A stretch of 64,000 nucleotides of DNA from Escherichia phage slur16. The stretch is from the sequence record NC_028248.1, one strand, 5' to 3'. A program made the position numbers and the translations under genes. The notes beneath the pieces are model-generated. The model was not told where the DNA came from and made no database searches. It saw nothing but the letters and a program-made list of their open reading frames with translations. The stretch's first letter is position 1; every line of letters begins with the position of its first letter. Shown piece by piece: positions 25,601 to 34,030 of this stretch.

Positions 25601-27679
25601 TTAAAAAGGCGTTTCATCATCCTCAAAACCAGGGACTGGGTCAGAGGATGGATCATCGTACTGGAGGTCTTCCTGCGTGTCAACAGGCTTAACAGTAGGA
25701 GTTACAACCTTATCAGCCACAACCTTGCCCATAGGTGTTTCTACAACTGCATGCTCCTGATCCTCAAACATAGCCTGAGGTCTCCAAACAACCTCCCCAC
25801 CTTCTCCGTCTGTAAACATTTGCATTTCTTTGTCCCAGTACCAATTACTGGCATCATGGAACTTACCTGTGTGCGGGTCCATAACCAAAGTGTCAGCAAT
25901 ACCTAGAGTTTTTGCTGGACGGTTTTTAAGACCTACCAGACGGACACGTCCACGAGAACGATCCACCATTTCTTCGGCCTCGACACCTATGACTACCCAA
26001 CTCAACTGTTCAAGCCCCGCCGATCCTCGCAAATTCTCTTTTCGCACAGGATACCAGAAAGGTAACGGGTTACCATCCTTGTCCTTAGGAGGCACAATCT
26101 CTGTACGTTTGAGGTGAGCGATCACCAAGATAAACACGTTAAACTGCTTACAAAACGCAGCCAGCTGAGTCATAGCCATGTCCAGTTCTTTTCGCTCATC
26201 CTTAACATTAAGCCCTGAAATTACCATGGACAGGTGATCCAGCACAATATAACGGCAATGGTACAGGCAAACCATTTGCTTAAGCTTGGTAATCAACTCG
26301 TCCACCGGAATAGATCCGAAATGTTTGAACACTTTGATTTTTCCAGCTTTTGCCCATGATTGGTGAATCTCTGCGTGTTCTTGATCAGTTAAAAACTGGC
26401 TAGGATCTTCAACAAACTCTTTAACATCAAACCCTAACTGGTTTGCATACAAGGAGTTAATTGCTTCCTCTGGGTCCTCCTCAAGATGGATCATACATAG
26501 ACGATCATCCTCTTCATAGTCATCAGCCTTCGGGCATGTCGGGTCCATTAGGTATCTTGCAATACAATGTTCCAGTTTTTTAGCTACAGTTGTTTTACCG
26601 CCCCCTGATGGCCCTGTAAGCATTACGAGTGTCCCTTTGTGCAAGCCTTTTAGCATTTTTTGCAGTTTTGGGAACTCTGCGCTGATATCTACCCCGTTGG
26701 AAGTCTTTTTCCGCAAAGACTCGATAGAGAAGTCTTCTAAATCCGACACAGCATCAGGCACATATTTAACAGGGTGCCGGAACATGTTGACAATATCTTC
26801 CAGCTTTTTAGCCTTCAGCATGTCACGGATATCTTTTACCCCGTCAGGGTCATTTACTTCACCAGGGTATTCTACGTGGTAAACGTTATCAGCCATCAAA
26901 AATGCTGCGATATTGTGCGTGGCCTCAACACCTTTAATGACGTGTTTTTGCTTCTCTACCTCGTTAGCTGCATCGTTATCCATTGCCAGCACAACTGTTC
27001 CATAGCTACGGATAAACTTCTCATTGTTTGCAAAAGTATCTACTGCGTTTGCACATCCACAGTTAATTCCAACAAAAGGCAGGCAGGGTTTTCCTGCCAG
27101 ATCACCACCGTTGATAACTGCGTCGATCCCGTCCTGGACCTCTTTAGCCCACTGCTTCACCTTTGCCGGGGCTTTAGCGTTGGTGAGAATCCCTTTTACT
27201 TGTATCTGATATGCAGCCTGCCATGCTGCAATAACATCACCTTCTCCCTCACAAACGTTAATCTGCTTACGGTTGTTGGAAGATGCACACAGCTTTTGAC
27301 CAAACATCTGGGAGTTGGCCTTTACGATGCCAACAACGGAGAAGTGGCCCCTTTGTTCTTTAGGAATAGTCCAGTCACGCTTTTTGAAACCGGACAGATT
27401 TCCGTAGCGGTCGTAATATGGGAAATATGTTGCAGTGACTGTCACACCGTCTTCTTGTGACAATGCTGATCGCACACCAAAATATTGTGCAGCCATCAGA
27501 CCGATATTTTGTTGTGGGACAGGGACAATTTTAGTATTTTCTAAAACAGTCTCTACAGTTTCAACTTCTTTTTCATCACGATAGTCTCGTTTCACACTTC
27601 CCCCACTTTTATACTTAGTTGCTTTCGGGTTTGGCTCACCGAAACGGTTGTATGCAGATGCCATAAATTTACTTCCCAT
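25601..27679 (-). CDS. primase-helicase (TOPRIM primase fused to DnaB-like helicase)
   Basis: TOPRIM-like VCEGEGD and LAMDNDAANE; Walker A GPSGGGKTT; acidic C-terminus …GFEDDETPF. Confidence 0.8.
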   Translation of the reverse strand: MGSKFMASAYNRFGEPNPKATKYKSGGSVKRDYRDEKEVETVETVLENTKIVPVPQQNIGLMAAQYFGVRSALSQEDGVTVTATYFPYYDRYGNLSGFKKRDWTIPKEQRGHFSVVGIVKANSQMFGQKLCASSNNRKQINVCEGEGDVIAAWQAAYQIQVKGILTNAKAPAKVKQWAKEVQDGIDAVINGGDLAGKPCLPFVGINCGCANAVDTFANNEKFIRSYGTVVLAMDNDAANEVEKQKHVIKGVEATHNIAAFLMADNVYHVEYPGEVNDPDGVKDIRDMLKAKKLEDIVNMFRHPVKYVPDAVSDLEDFSIESLRKKTSNGVDISAEFPKLQKMLKGLHKGTLVMLTGPSGGGKTTVAKKLEHCIARYLMDPTCPKADDYEEDDRLCMIHLEEDPEEAINSLYANQLGFDVKEFVEDPSQFLTDQEHAEIHQSWAKAGKIKVFKHFGSIPVDELITKLKQMVCLYHCRYIVLDHLSMVISGLNVKDERKELDMAMTQLAAFCKQFNVFILVIAHLKRTEIVPPKDKDGNPLPFWYPVRKENLRGSAGLEQLSWVVIGVEAEEMVDRSRGRVRLVGLKNRPAKTLGIADTLVMDPHTGKFHDASNWYWDKEMQMFTDGEGGEVVWRPQAMFEDQEHAVVETPMGKVVADKVVTPTVKPVDTQEDLQYDDPSSDPVPGFEDDETPF

Positions 27680-28433
27680 TAATTCTGCTCCTTACTACAG
27701 GCTCGTTTGCTAGGAATACGGCTTTTGCCCAGCCACGTGGTGTGAGGCTTCGAATCATCTTCGTTCTTGCACTCTTTCCACCCAGCTTGGCGTGTTGCAT
27801 GGAATACCCGCTAACCGCGTCAACTATTTGCGGGACAGGTTTTGTGGCTGGGATTATAAATCCATTACCTATCCAGCCGCAAGTTATTTTTGGATAGGCA
27901 TCACGTGGAGCTATAAATTCAGGAAACCATGGGTTTACATCATCTTCCGGTAAATACCCGCCATAATCCGAAGGGTGAAAACGGTAATCAGGTTTGCGCC
28001 ACAGTGTGGACATAACACCCACAGGATTCTCTACATGCCACGGGCAATCGTAAATCTCTCCCAGCTCTTCCGCAACCCGAGCATCCTTTACAGCATTAAT
28101 TTGGATCATGGGGTCCTTAGCCAGTTTTTTCTTAAAATGTGCAGCACCTGATACCGCTAAATGCGTGCACGGAGGAAATGCAAGAATAAAATCTGGAGCC
28201 GGATACATGCAAAAAGTTTCCTGAGGGAACCACGGGTCAATCCAATAGTCCACATAGTGAATGTTGGGATGATCGGTGATCACCTCTGCATAACTGCCGT
28301 GATCAGCGCCTTCTGCATTAAAGCACAGGCACAGGTACCCAGCTTTTGCCCAGTCAATGACTGCACCACCAGACCCGTCAAATAGACTCCACACAACACC
28401 TTTGTGGTAGTGTTCTTTGTAGATAAATTTCAA
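27669..28433 (-). CDS. putative DNA (cytosine-5)-methyltransferase-like protein
   Basis: LFDGSGG (motif I-like), FPPCTHL (PC motif-like), HVENPVG (ENV-like); the track GTG start at 28463 sits inside a terminator hairpin, so TTG at 28433 with GGAGA 7 nt upstream is preferred. Confidence 0.45.
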   Translation of the reverse strand: MKFIYKEHYHKGVVWSLFDGSGGAVIDWAKAGYLCLCFNAEGADHGSYAEVITDHPNIHYVDYWIDPWFPQETFCMYPAPDFILAFPPCTHLAVSGAAHFKKKLAKDPMIQINAVKDARVAEELGEIYDCPWHVENPVGVMSTLWRKPDYRFHPSDYGGYLPEDDVNPWFPEFIAPRDAYPKITCGWIGNGFIIPATKPVPQIVDAVSGYSMQHAKLGGKSARTKMIRSLTPRGWAKAVFLANEPVVRSRINGK

Positions 28434-28456
28434 TTTGCTGTCTCCTAATGCAAAAA

Positions 28457-28478
28457 GCCCCACCCTTTCGGGCAGGGC
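28457..28478 (-). terminator. intrinsic terminator-like hairpin (second copy)
   Basis: Identical to the 17691-17712 hairpin; followed on minus strand by cttttt, then GGAGA and start codon. Confidence 0.5.
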
Positions 28479-28484
28479 CTAGTG

Positions 28485-28967
28485 TTAAACCCGGATACCT
28501 ATTGTATACTCGGTGGATACCAATGTCAAATCTAAATTTAAAATTTCTTGCATCTCATAATATGCGTCCAGGGTTAGATACATTTCCCCATCCTTTTCTG
28601 CATACTTGTCCAAGTGCTTAAGGCATTTCGGATAACTATCGAGTGCAGCTTTCAGACACTCAAATTCTGTGCTGTTAATGAATCCTTCCATCTTAGCTAC
28701 CCGTTCTGGAGTAACGATAGCACTGTAGTGAGATTTAGCTTCCTGAATGCAATGGGTCCAAGCATCAACTTTCTCTTCGAAAAGCCCGAAGAACTTCTTT
28801 TTGGTGAGCTTCAGATTCTTTAAGTGCTTAAGCACTCGGTTGCCGATCACAGCCACATCACGAAACTTAAGGATCACTTTGTCGATATCCTCGCGGCCTA
28901 TTTTCACAAAGCAAGCCTCGCACATTTCAGGAGTGGCATAACCTACTTTCCACATAAAATCTGACAT
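28485..28967 (-). CDS. hypothetical protein (160 aa)
   Basis: Track ORF. Confidence 0.5.
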   Translation of the reverse strand: MSDFMWKVGYATPEMCEACFVKIGREDIDKVILKFRDVAVIGNRVLKHLKNLKLTKKKFFGLFEEKVDAWTHCIQEAKSHYSAIVTPERVAKMEGFINSTEFECLKAALDSYPKCLKHLDKYAEKDGEMYLTLDAYYEMQEILNLDLTLVSTEYTIGIRV

Positions 28968-28979
28968 AACACCCTCTCC

Positions 28980-29375
28980 TTATTCCTGAAAAGCAACGAT
29001 ATCATATGAACTTGCAGATGATCCTGGTGAAGAATGACTCCAGTCTAGGTCATCAGAGTAGTCAGCGTACTGTGCACCACTACGTAGTTTGTATTTTACC
29101 CACTTACCTGGTGCAGGGTTTTCACCACCTTCCCATACTTCCCAGCCTTCTGGCAGGCCGTCCTGGGGGTAGTCATCCACCTCACTAATAATCTTAGGGT
29201 TTGGCACCAAGATCCCTGCAGGCTCTTCCTTCCTGATAAGTGTCCACACAGCGTAGGTGTCTGAGCAGGCGCATGATAGCAAAGTATATCCACTATTCAG
29301 AACTTCTGCAAGCTCTTTCTCAGCATCTTCCAACTTGGTTAAGTGGTATTGGACAATCTTCACATCTGTAATCAT
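28980..29375 (-). CDS. hypothetical protein (131 aa)
   Basis: Track ORF. Confidence 0.5.
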   Translation of the reverse strand: MITDVKIVQYHLTKLEDAEKELAEVLNSGYTLLSCACSDTYAVWTLIRKEEPAGILVPNPKIISEVDDYPQDGLPEGWEVWEGGENPAPGKWVKYKLRSGAQYADYSDDLDWSHSSPGSSASSYDIVAFQE

Positions 29376-29719
29376 CAGAAACCTCCCACTTCTTCGGCAA
29401 ATGCAGCTGCTGTCGTCGCTGCATCAAGATAGGACTCTAGTTCACGGGCTGCACGTTTGTAAATTGAGTGGCGCATATCGTTTGGCAGTTTGTGGAAGTC
29501 CACCTCTTCACCGTTGTGGTAAACATGCACATCAGTGATCTGTCTAAATCCATAATAGTCAACATCAGAATCACGACACTCTGGGTCTGGCAACTGGACA
29601 ACTGCCTGAGCTTCCACAGTGAACATATCGTCAAGTTCAAAATCGATTTCAAAAGTGTATGGTTTATAACGTTTCATCATTTGATTGTACTCTTTATTGA
29701 TCAGACTTATCTTTCGCAA
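29375..29719 (-). CDS. hypothetical protein (114 aa)
   Basis: Track ORF; start overlaps upstream stop. Confidence 0.5.
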   Translation of the reverse strand: MRKISLINKEYNQMMKRYKPYTFEIDFELDDMFTVEAQAVVQLPDPECRDSDVDYYGFRQITDVHVYHNGEEVDFHKLPNDMRHSIYKRAARELESYLDAATTAAAFAEEVGGF

Positions 29720-31019
29720 CTAAGGCCGGGGCAAGTTTGTAATAACGGAAGCCACCACCACCTTGCCAGTTTACAGACTTAGAAATACCACCTTGATCTT
29801 CGCCATCGATCACTTTTTCCAAGCGCGGAATAATATGGGTATGACAATGATCACCTAGCTCGATTGAGATCCAGCGTCTTTTCATCTTATGAGCTACAGC
29901 AGCAGTAGTTCCCGAACCACCGAATGAATCCAATACCAAATCGCCTTCTCGCGTGCACATTTCGAAAATCCGCTTCAAAAGCGCTTCTGGTTTTTTCCCA
30001 TTTTTGAAACTAACGCCGCCTTCATTTGCTATTCCATTCCAACTAATGTCTGTCCAAACATCAGTTATTAGTTCCGCAGGTTGCATCTCACCGTCAATTT
30101 CCAAAAGCCTATTGGAGTAAAAGACCATTTGCCTACCATTTGCGATATAAAATCCTTCAACATCCTCATTTGGATGTACATAAACCTTATCCCTATCTTT
30201 CTTTGACTTCTCGATAGTTTCTTTTCTCTTTATTTTAGCACCACCACCAATTGCAACAGATTGAAATACACGTTCTGCATTATCAATTGCGAATTGTGCT
30301 AATTCATCATCGAATGTATCAGGCAGTTTTTTCTTGGCTTCTTTTGCATCTTTATAGCCATTGGCCTTTGCAAACGCATCGGCAATACCGCACCACGTCC
30401 AATTTTTATAATGGTCATCCGGGTTTAATAGGTATTTGTTATATCCTGTATCATACCCTTTAGGTATATAGATTTTGTTAAGCGGTTTCTGGGTGCGATC
30501 TTTTGCATATACAAGCAAAAAGTTTGCTGTGGAGAAAACTGTGGCTCCTGTTGCCTTAAATCCTGAAGGGGAATTTGTGGTCATCGATATAGTATTTAAC
30601 TGATTTGCACGACCAAAAATCTCGTCCATCAAAACTTTTAAATACGCCATTTCGCAATCATCTAAGTGAACGAATATTACCCCATCATCACTTAGAAGAT
30701 TACGAATTATTTCTAACCTATCCCTCATTAAGCCCAGCCAAATGGAATGCTCCAGGCTATCATCGTAATGCTCAAAAGCCCTCCCGGTATTGAATGGTGG
30801 GTCTATGTAAACACACTTCACTTTGCCTGCATACTCTTGCTCTAGCGCCTTCAATGCTAATAAGTTATCTCCAAAAATCAGTTTATTATCAAAAATATCG
30901 TTTTCGGTCACTTTCTGGCTGTGGTAAGATTTGCTAGAATCTTCTAACAAAATGTGTGGCTCTAACTTTTTGCGCTCGTTTTTACCTATCCAGGTAAGTT
31001 CTAATTTGGTTTTGCTCAT
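29694..31019 (-). CDS. DNA methyltransferase, amino-methyltransferase beta class (N6-adenine or N4-cytosine)
   Basis: VYIDPPF (motif IV) precedes LDSFGGSGTT (motif I); 441 aa. Confidence 0.8.
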   Translation of the reverse strand: MSKTKLELTWIGKNERKKLEPHILLEDSSKSYHSQKVTENDIFDNKLIFGDNLLALKALEQEYAGKVKCVYIDPPFNTGRAFEHYDDSLEHSIWLGLMRDRLEIIRNLLSDDGVIFVHLDDCEMAYLKVLMDEIFGRANQLNTISMTTNSPSGFKATGATVFSTANFLLVYAKDRTQKPLNKIYIPKGYDTGYNKYLLNPDDHYKNWTWCGIADAFAKANGYKDAKEAKKKLPDTFDDELAQFAIDNAERVFQSVAIGGGAKIKRKETIEKSKKDRDKVYVHPNEDVEGFYIANGRQMVFYSNRLLEIDGEMQPAELITDVWTDISWNGIANEGGVSFKNGKKPEALLKRIFEMCTREGDLVLDSFGGSGTTAAVAHKMKRRWISIELGDHCHTHIIPRLEKVIDGEDQGGISKSVNWQGGGGFRYYKLAPALVAKDKSDQ

Positions 31020-31080
31020 CGTTTGGTGCTCTCCTTAGTTTTTTGTGGGGAGGAGGCCTCCCCTTTATACTCACATCTTA

Positions 31081-31422
31081 CTACTCAAGGTCTTCAGAGT
31101 CAAGCTCAAAAAGAATCAAACTGTGCATGCCTGCAGATAGATTAACACACCCTGAAACAATAAGGGTCTGATAGTAAGGTTCAGCACCCTCAATGTCTTC
31201 GTTAAAATCCACAACAAGGTAGTCACCTTTGTTAAAGGTGTATTTGTCCGATGTAAACGCAAAACCTGCCCAGTCCCCTACTGCAGGGTCTTTATCAGTC
31301 ACCTTTGTTAACAGTAGATCTTTTTCACGGGATCTTTTAGTAAAATCGTGAATCACAACATCCTTCTCTTCAGGAGTTGGATTGCCACACACGTAGTTAA
31401 CTATATTTCTCCACAAACTCAT
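31081..31422 (-). CDS. hypothetical protein (113 aa)
   Basis: Track ORF. Confidence 0.5.
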   Translation of the reverse strand: MSLWRNIVNYVCGNPTPEEKDVVIHDFTKRSREKDLLLTKVTDKDPAVGDWAGFAFTSDKYTFNKGDYLVVDFNEDIEGAEPYYQTLIVSGCVNLSAGMHSLILFELDSEDLE

Positions 31423-32789
31423 ACGTCCCCCTCTTCGGCTCTGGTTTCAAAATCTTTCCTGACAATTTTGTCTAAGTCAGGGAATGTTGTATTGTAAAAC
31501 TCTACGACTCGCGGGTCAACAATAATGTCAACTTCTCTTAGTGGACGCAACAAGTTTATTCCTTGTATTGTCTTAACCCGACTCAAAGCAACATACGTCA
31601 TCCCAGGAGAGAAAGCTCCGTTCTTTCCAAGGTCCAGGTTGTAACAATCTAGCGTAAGTCCTTGACTTTTATGAGATGTTACAGCATACCCAGATTTCAG
31701 AGGAAGTTGCCTGTATGACCCAATCACTACCCTCTCTATAAACTTCTCCATCTTCCTTTCTGCAATGTTGTATCTCTGAGATGGCTTATACTCGTTATTC
31801 TCCCACAACCTTTGCTCTATGTCAACCTGTGTTCCATCTTCAAGCTCTACCACCACTGCCTTGTTCTTAAATTTAACAATTGTGGCACGTGTTCCGTTAA
31901 CATAATAAGGTACTTTGTGCGTCGGGTCAACATCGTTGGCGGTTATCATAACTTTCATGCCAATTTTCAACTTCATCTCCTGCTCAACTGGCAGGGTGGA
32001 GGGAAACTTACCCTTCATTTCACCAGTGTATACCTTCTCTGGGGCGTTGATGGCATCATAGAACCTTCTGTTCACTTCCTCTGCTTGTTTGTTGGTGGCG
32101 CAAATTGTGAGAGCATCTGTTGGTACACCACCTTTGTAACAGCGAGCATTAAGTTCTGCTACAACCTCTTTTATGCGACGACCCTCACGAACACAGTTGA
32201 GCATTGTGGCAAATCGAATAGACTCCTGTCGGAACTGATCTATTAGGGCTATGTTGTGGAGGTCAAGCTCTTTCCAAGATTCGGTATAGCAACACAGGTC
32301 CGTATGGTAGAAGTTGAAATAGGCCTCCTTCTCCATAAAAGAGACAACAGGAGGAGCCTGGTAAAAATCGCCAAACAATATGACCTGTATGCCTCCGAAA
32401 GGTTTGTCATTTTTTCGAAGGAAGCGGAGTTTCCTATCCATCTCTATAAACTTATCAGCACGGATCATAGAGATTTCATCGATAATTAGGATGGTAAATG
32501 CCTTGCTTTTCAAAGGCTTTGCTGTTTTTGCCCTTATTGCGGTCCAGTCTGACTCCATGCTCACACCTGCTGCAAGATCGAAGGTTCGGTGTGCTGTTGC
32601 TCCATTAACGTTTAAAGCGGCTACCCCTGTCGGGGCAACCGTTATGCAAGAGTCTCCATACATTGACTGGATCATGTTGATGAGGTACGTCTTCCCACAA
32701 CCTGCGGGTCCTGAAACGAAGACATTCTCACCACTCATGATTGCAACGAGGGCAGCATCTGTGCCTACATCATACTGCCCTTTTTCCAT
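31419..32789 (-). CDS. SF1 helicase, Dda/PIF1/RecD-like
   Basis: Walker A VSGPAGCGKTY; Walker B ILIIDEISMI; 456 aa. Confidence 0.75.
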   Translation of the reverse strand: MEKGQYDVGTDAALVAIMSGENVFVSGPAGCGKTYLINMIQSMYGDSCITVAPTGVAALNVNGATAHRTFDLAAGVSMESDWTAIRAKTAKPLKSKAFTILIIDEISMIRADKFIEMDRKLRFLRKNDKPFGGIQVILFGDFYQAPPVVSFMEKEAYFNFYHTDLCCYTESWKELDLHNIALIDQFRQESIRFATMLNCVREGRRIKEVVAELNARCYKGGVPTDALTICATNKQAEEVNRRFYDAINAPEKVYTGEMKGKFPSTLPVEQEMKLKIGMKVMITANDVDPTHKVPYYVNGTRATIVKFKNKAVVVELEDGTQVDIEQRLWENNEYKPSQRYNIAERKMEKFIERVVIGSYRQLPLKSGYAVTSHKSQGLTLDCYNLDLGKNGAFSPGMTYVALSRVKTIQGINLLRPLREVDIIVDPRVVEFYNTTFPDLDKIVRKDFETRAEEGDV

Positions 32790-34030
32790 TACGCCTCCTC
32801 GTAAAGAATGTCGATAGTGTTACCGTCACGATCAACTACATATTCAATAGGGTCTCCATCTTTGCGTGCTTCCGGAGCTACCACAATCTCATAGCGGCAT
32901 GCACGGCACTTAGCGCTATTGTGTTGGTATGGCACACTAACCACATCTGCAGGGTCAACCATAACAGTCATTACAGTGCCGTAGCTCTTTGCATACTCTT
33001 TGCTGGCGCAGTGTAAGCCATAGGAGCACGCAGCTTCAGGATCATCCTCTACAAAGTTACGAGGCATGGATACAAAAGCACCTTGGTATTGTGGGACTTT
33101 ACCACTGTGCCAATCCACCCACTTGCTGCCGTTAAACTGAACCCCTTTGTAGCAAATGATTCGACCATCTTCTGCAATCTGGATATCGTTGGCCTGCATA
33201 AAGTCGTAGAGCATGTTTACAGATTTTGCAGAAGGATTGCGTAGCAGGCGAACGAGGAATTTCACATAGCGGTCATCCAGTGTTCCGTCTGCATAATCTT
33301 TCTCAATTTTCTTTGCAATGGTGGATCGCATCTCTACACCGTAGTAGTAGAGCTTACCATCTTTCATGATCAGGTTGTCTGCAAGTGTGGTGAACTCATT
33401 CTTGCGTTCCAGCCAGACAAGGATTTCACCAATTGCCTCATCATATTCCTGAACAGAGATATGGTCGAAGACTTTCTGGTAAACTTCCTCACTTTCGCTG
33501 CGGCGAATTTCAAAAATGCCTTCGTTGCAGGTGATCTGGAGGAGTTCCCCGCAAATAACTACCAAAGGTTCGATGCTTCGAGTCTGTTGCTGAGACACAC
33601 TACTCACCACTTCCAGCACCGGATCTTTGACTTCTACTAAAGGTTCTTCTGACTTGATTGCTACTCCAGTGAACCCCACACCGTGAACAACACACAGTGG
33701 GTATACCACGCCCCAACGTTTAACGGAACCTTCGCCTAAATCTAAGATCATGGCGTACTTACCGTTATCTTCCAGACCGTATCGAAATAAACGGGCTTCT
33801 TCGCGGGTTTCAAAATCCTCACGGGTGTAGCAGACGCTGTCACGGTCAGGATCGAACAACTCTGGGGCACCCACTGCCAGTGTCCAGGTTGTGTCGCCTT
33901 TCTCAATAGTACATGTGAAACCCTTCTTCTCAAGTTCTGCACGGCGGTCGCGTGCTTCTTTACGAGTTTTGAAGTGTTCGTAGATGAAAATCATAACTGT
34001 CTCCTTATTTGGTGTTATTCTTTGTATCAA
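32789..34030 (-). CDS. hypothetical protein, possible rIIB-like partner of the upstream GHKL ATPase
   Basis: Positional only: immediately downstream of the rIIA-like gene with overlapping start/stop. Confidence 0.3.
   Translation of the reverse strand: MIQRITPNKETVMIFIYEHFKTRKEARDRRAELEKKGFTCTIEKGDTTWTLAVGAPELFDPDRDSVCYTREDFETREEARLFRYGLEDNGKYAMILDLGEGSVKRWGVVYPLCVVHGVGFTGVAIKSEEPLVEVKDPVLEVVSSVSQQQTRSIEPLVVICGELLQITCNEGIFEIRRSESEEVYQKVFDHISVQEYDEAIGEILVWLERKNEFTTLADNLIMKDGKLYYYGVEMRSTIAKKIEKDYADGTLDDRYVKFLVRLLRNPSAKSVNMLYDFMQANDIQIAEDGRIICYKGVQFNGSKWVDWHSGKVPQYQGAFVSMPRNFVEDDPEAACSYGLHCASKEYAKSYGTVMTVMVDPADVVSVPYQHNSAKCRACRYEIVVAPEARKDGDPIEYVVDRDGNTIDILYEEA

Noticed and set aside
26774-27460. 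Plus-strand ORF inside the primase-helicase gene
   Set aside because: Antisense shadow ORF with odd composition; the same reasoning applies to 5873..6415, 15396..15881, 16410..16934, 20308..20778, 22768..23199, 23834..24265 and 34995..35423.
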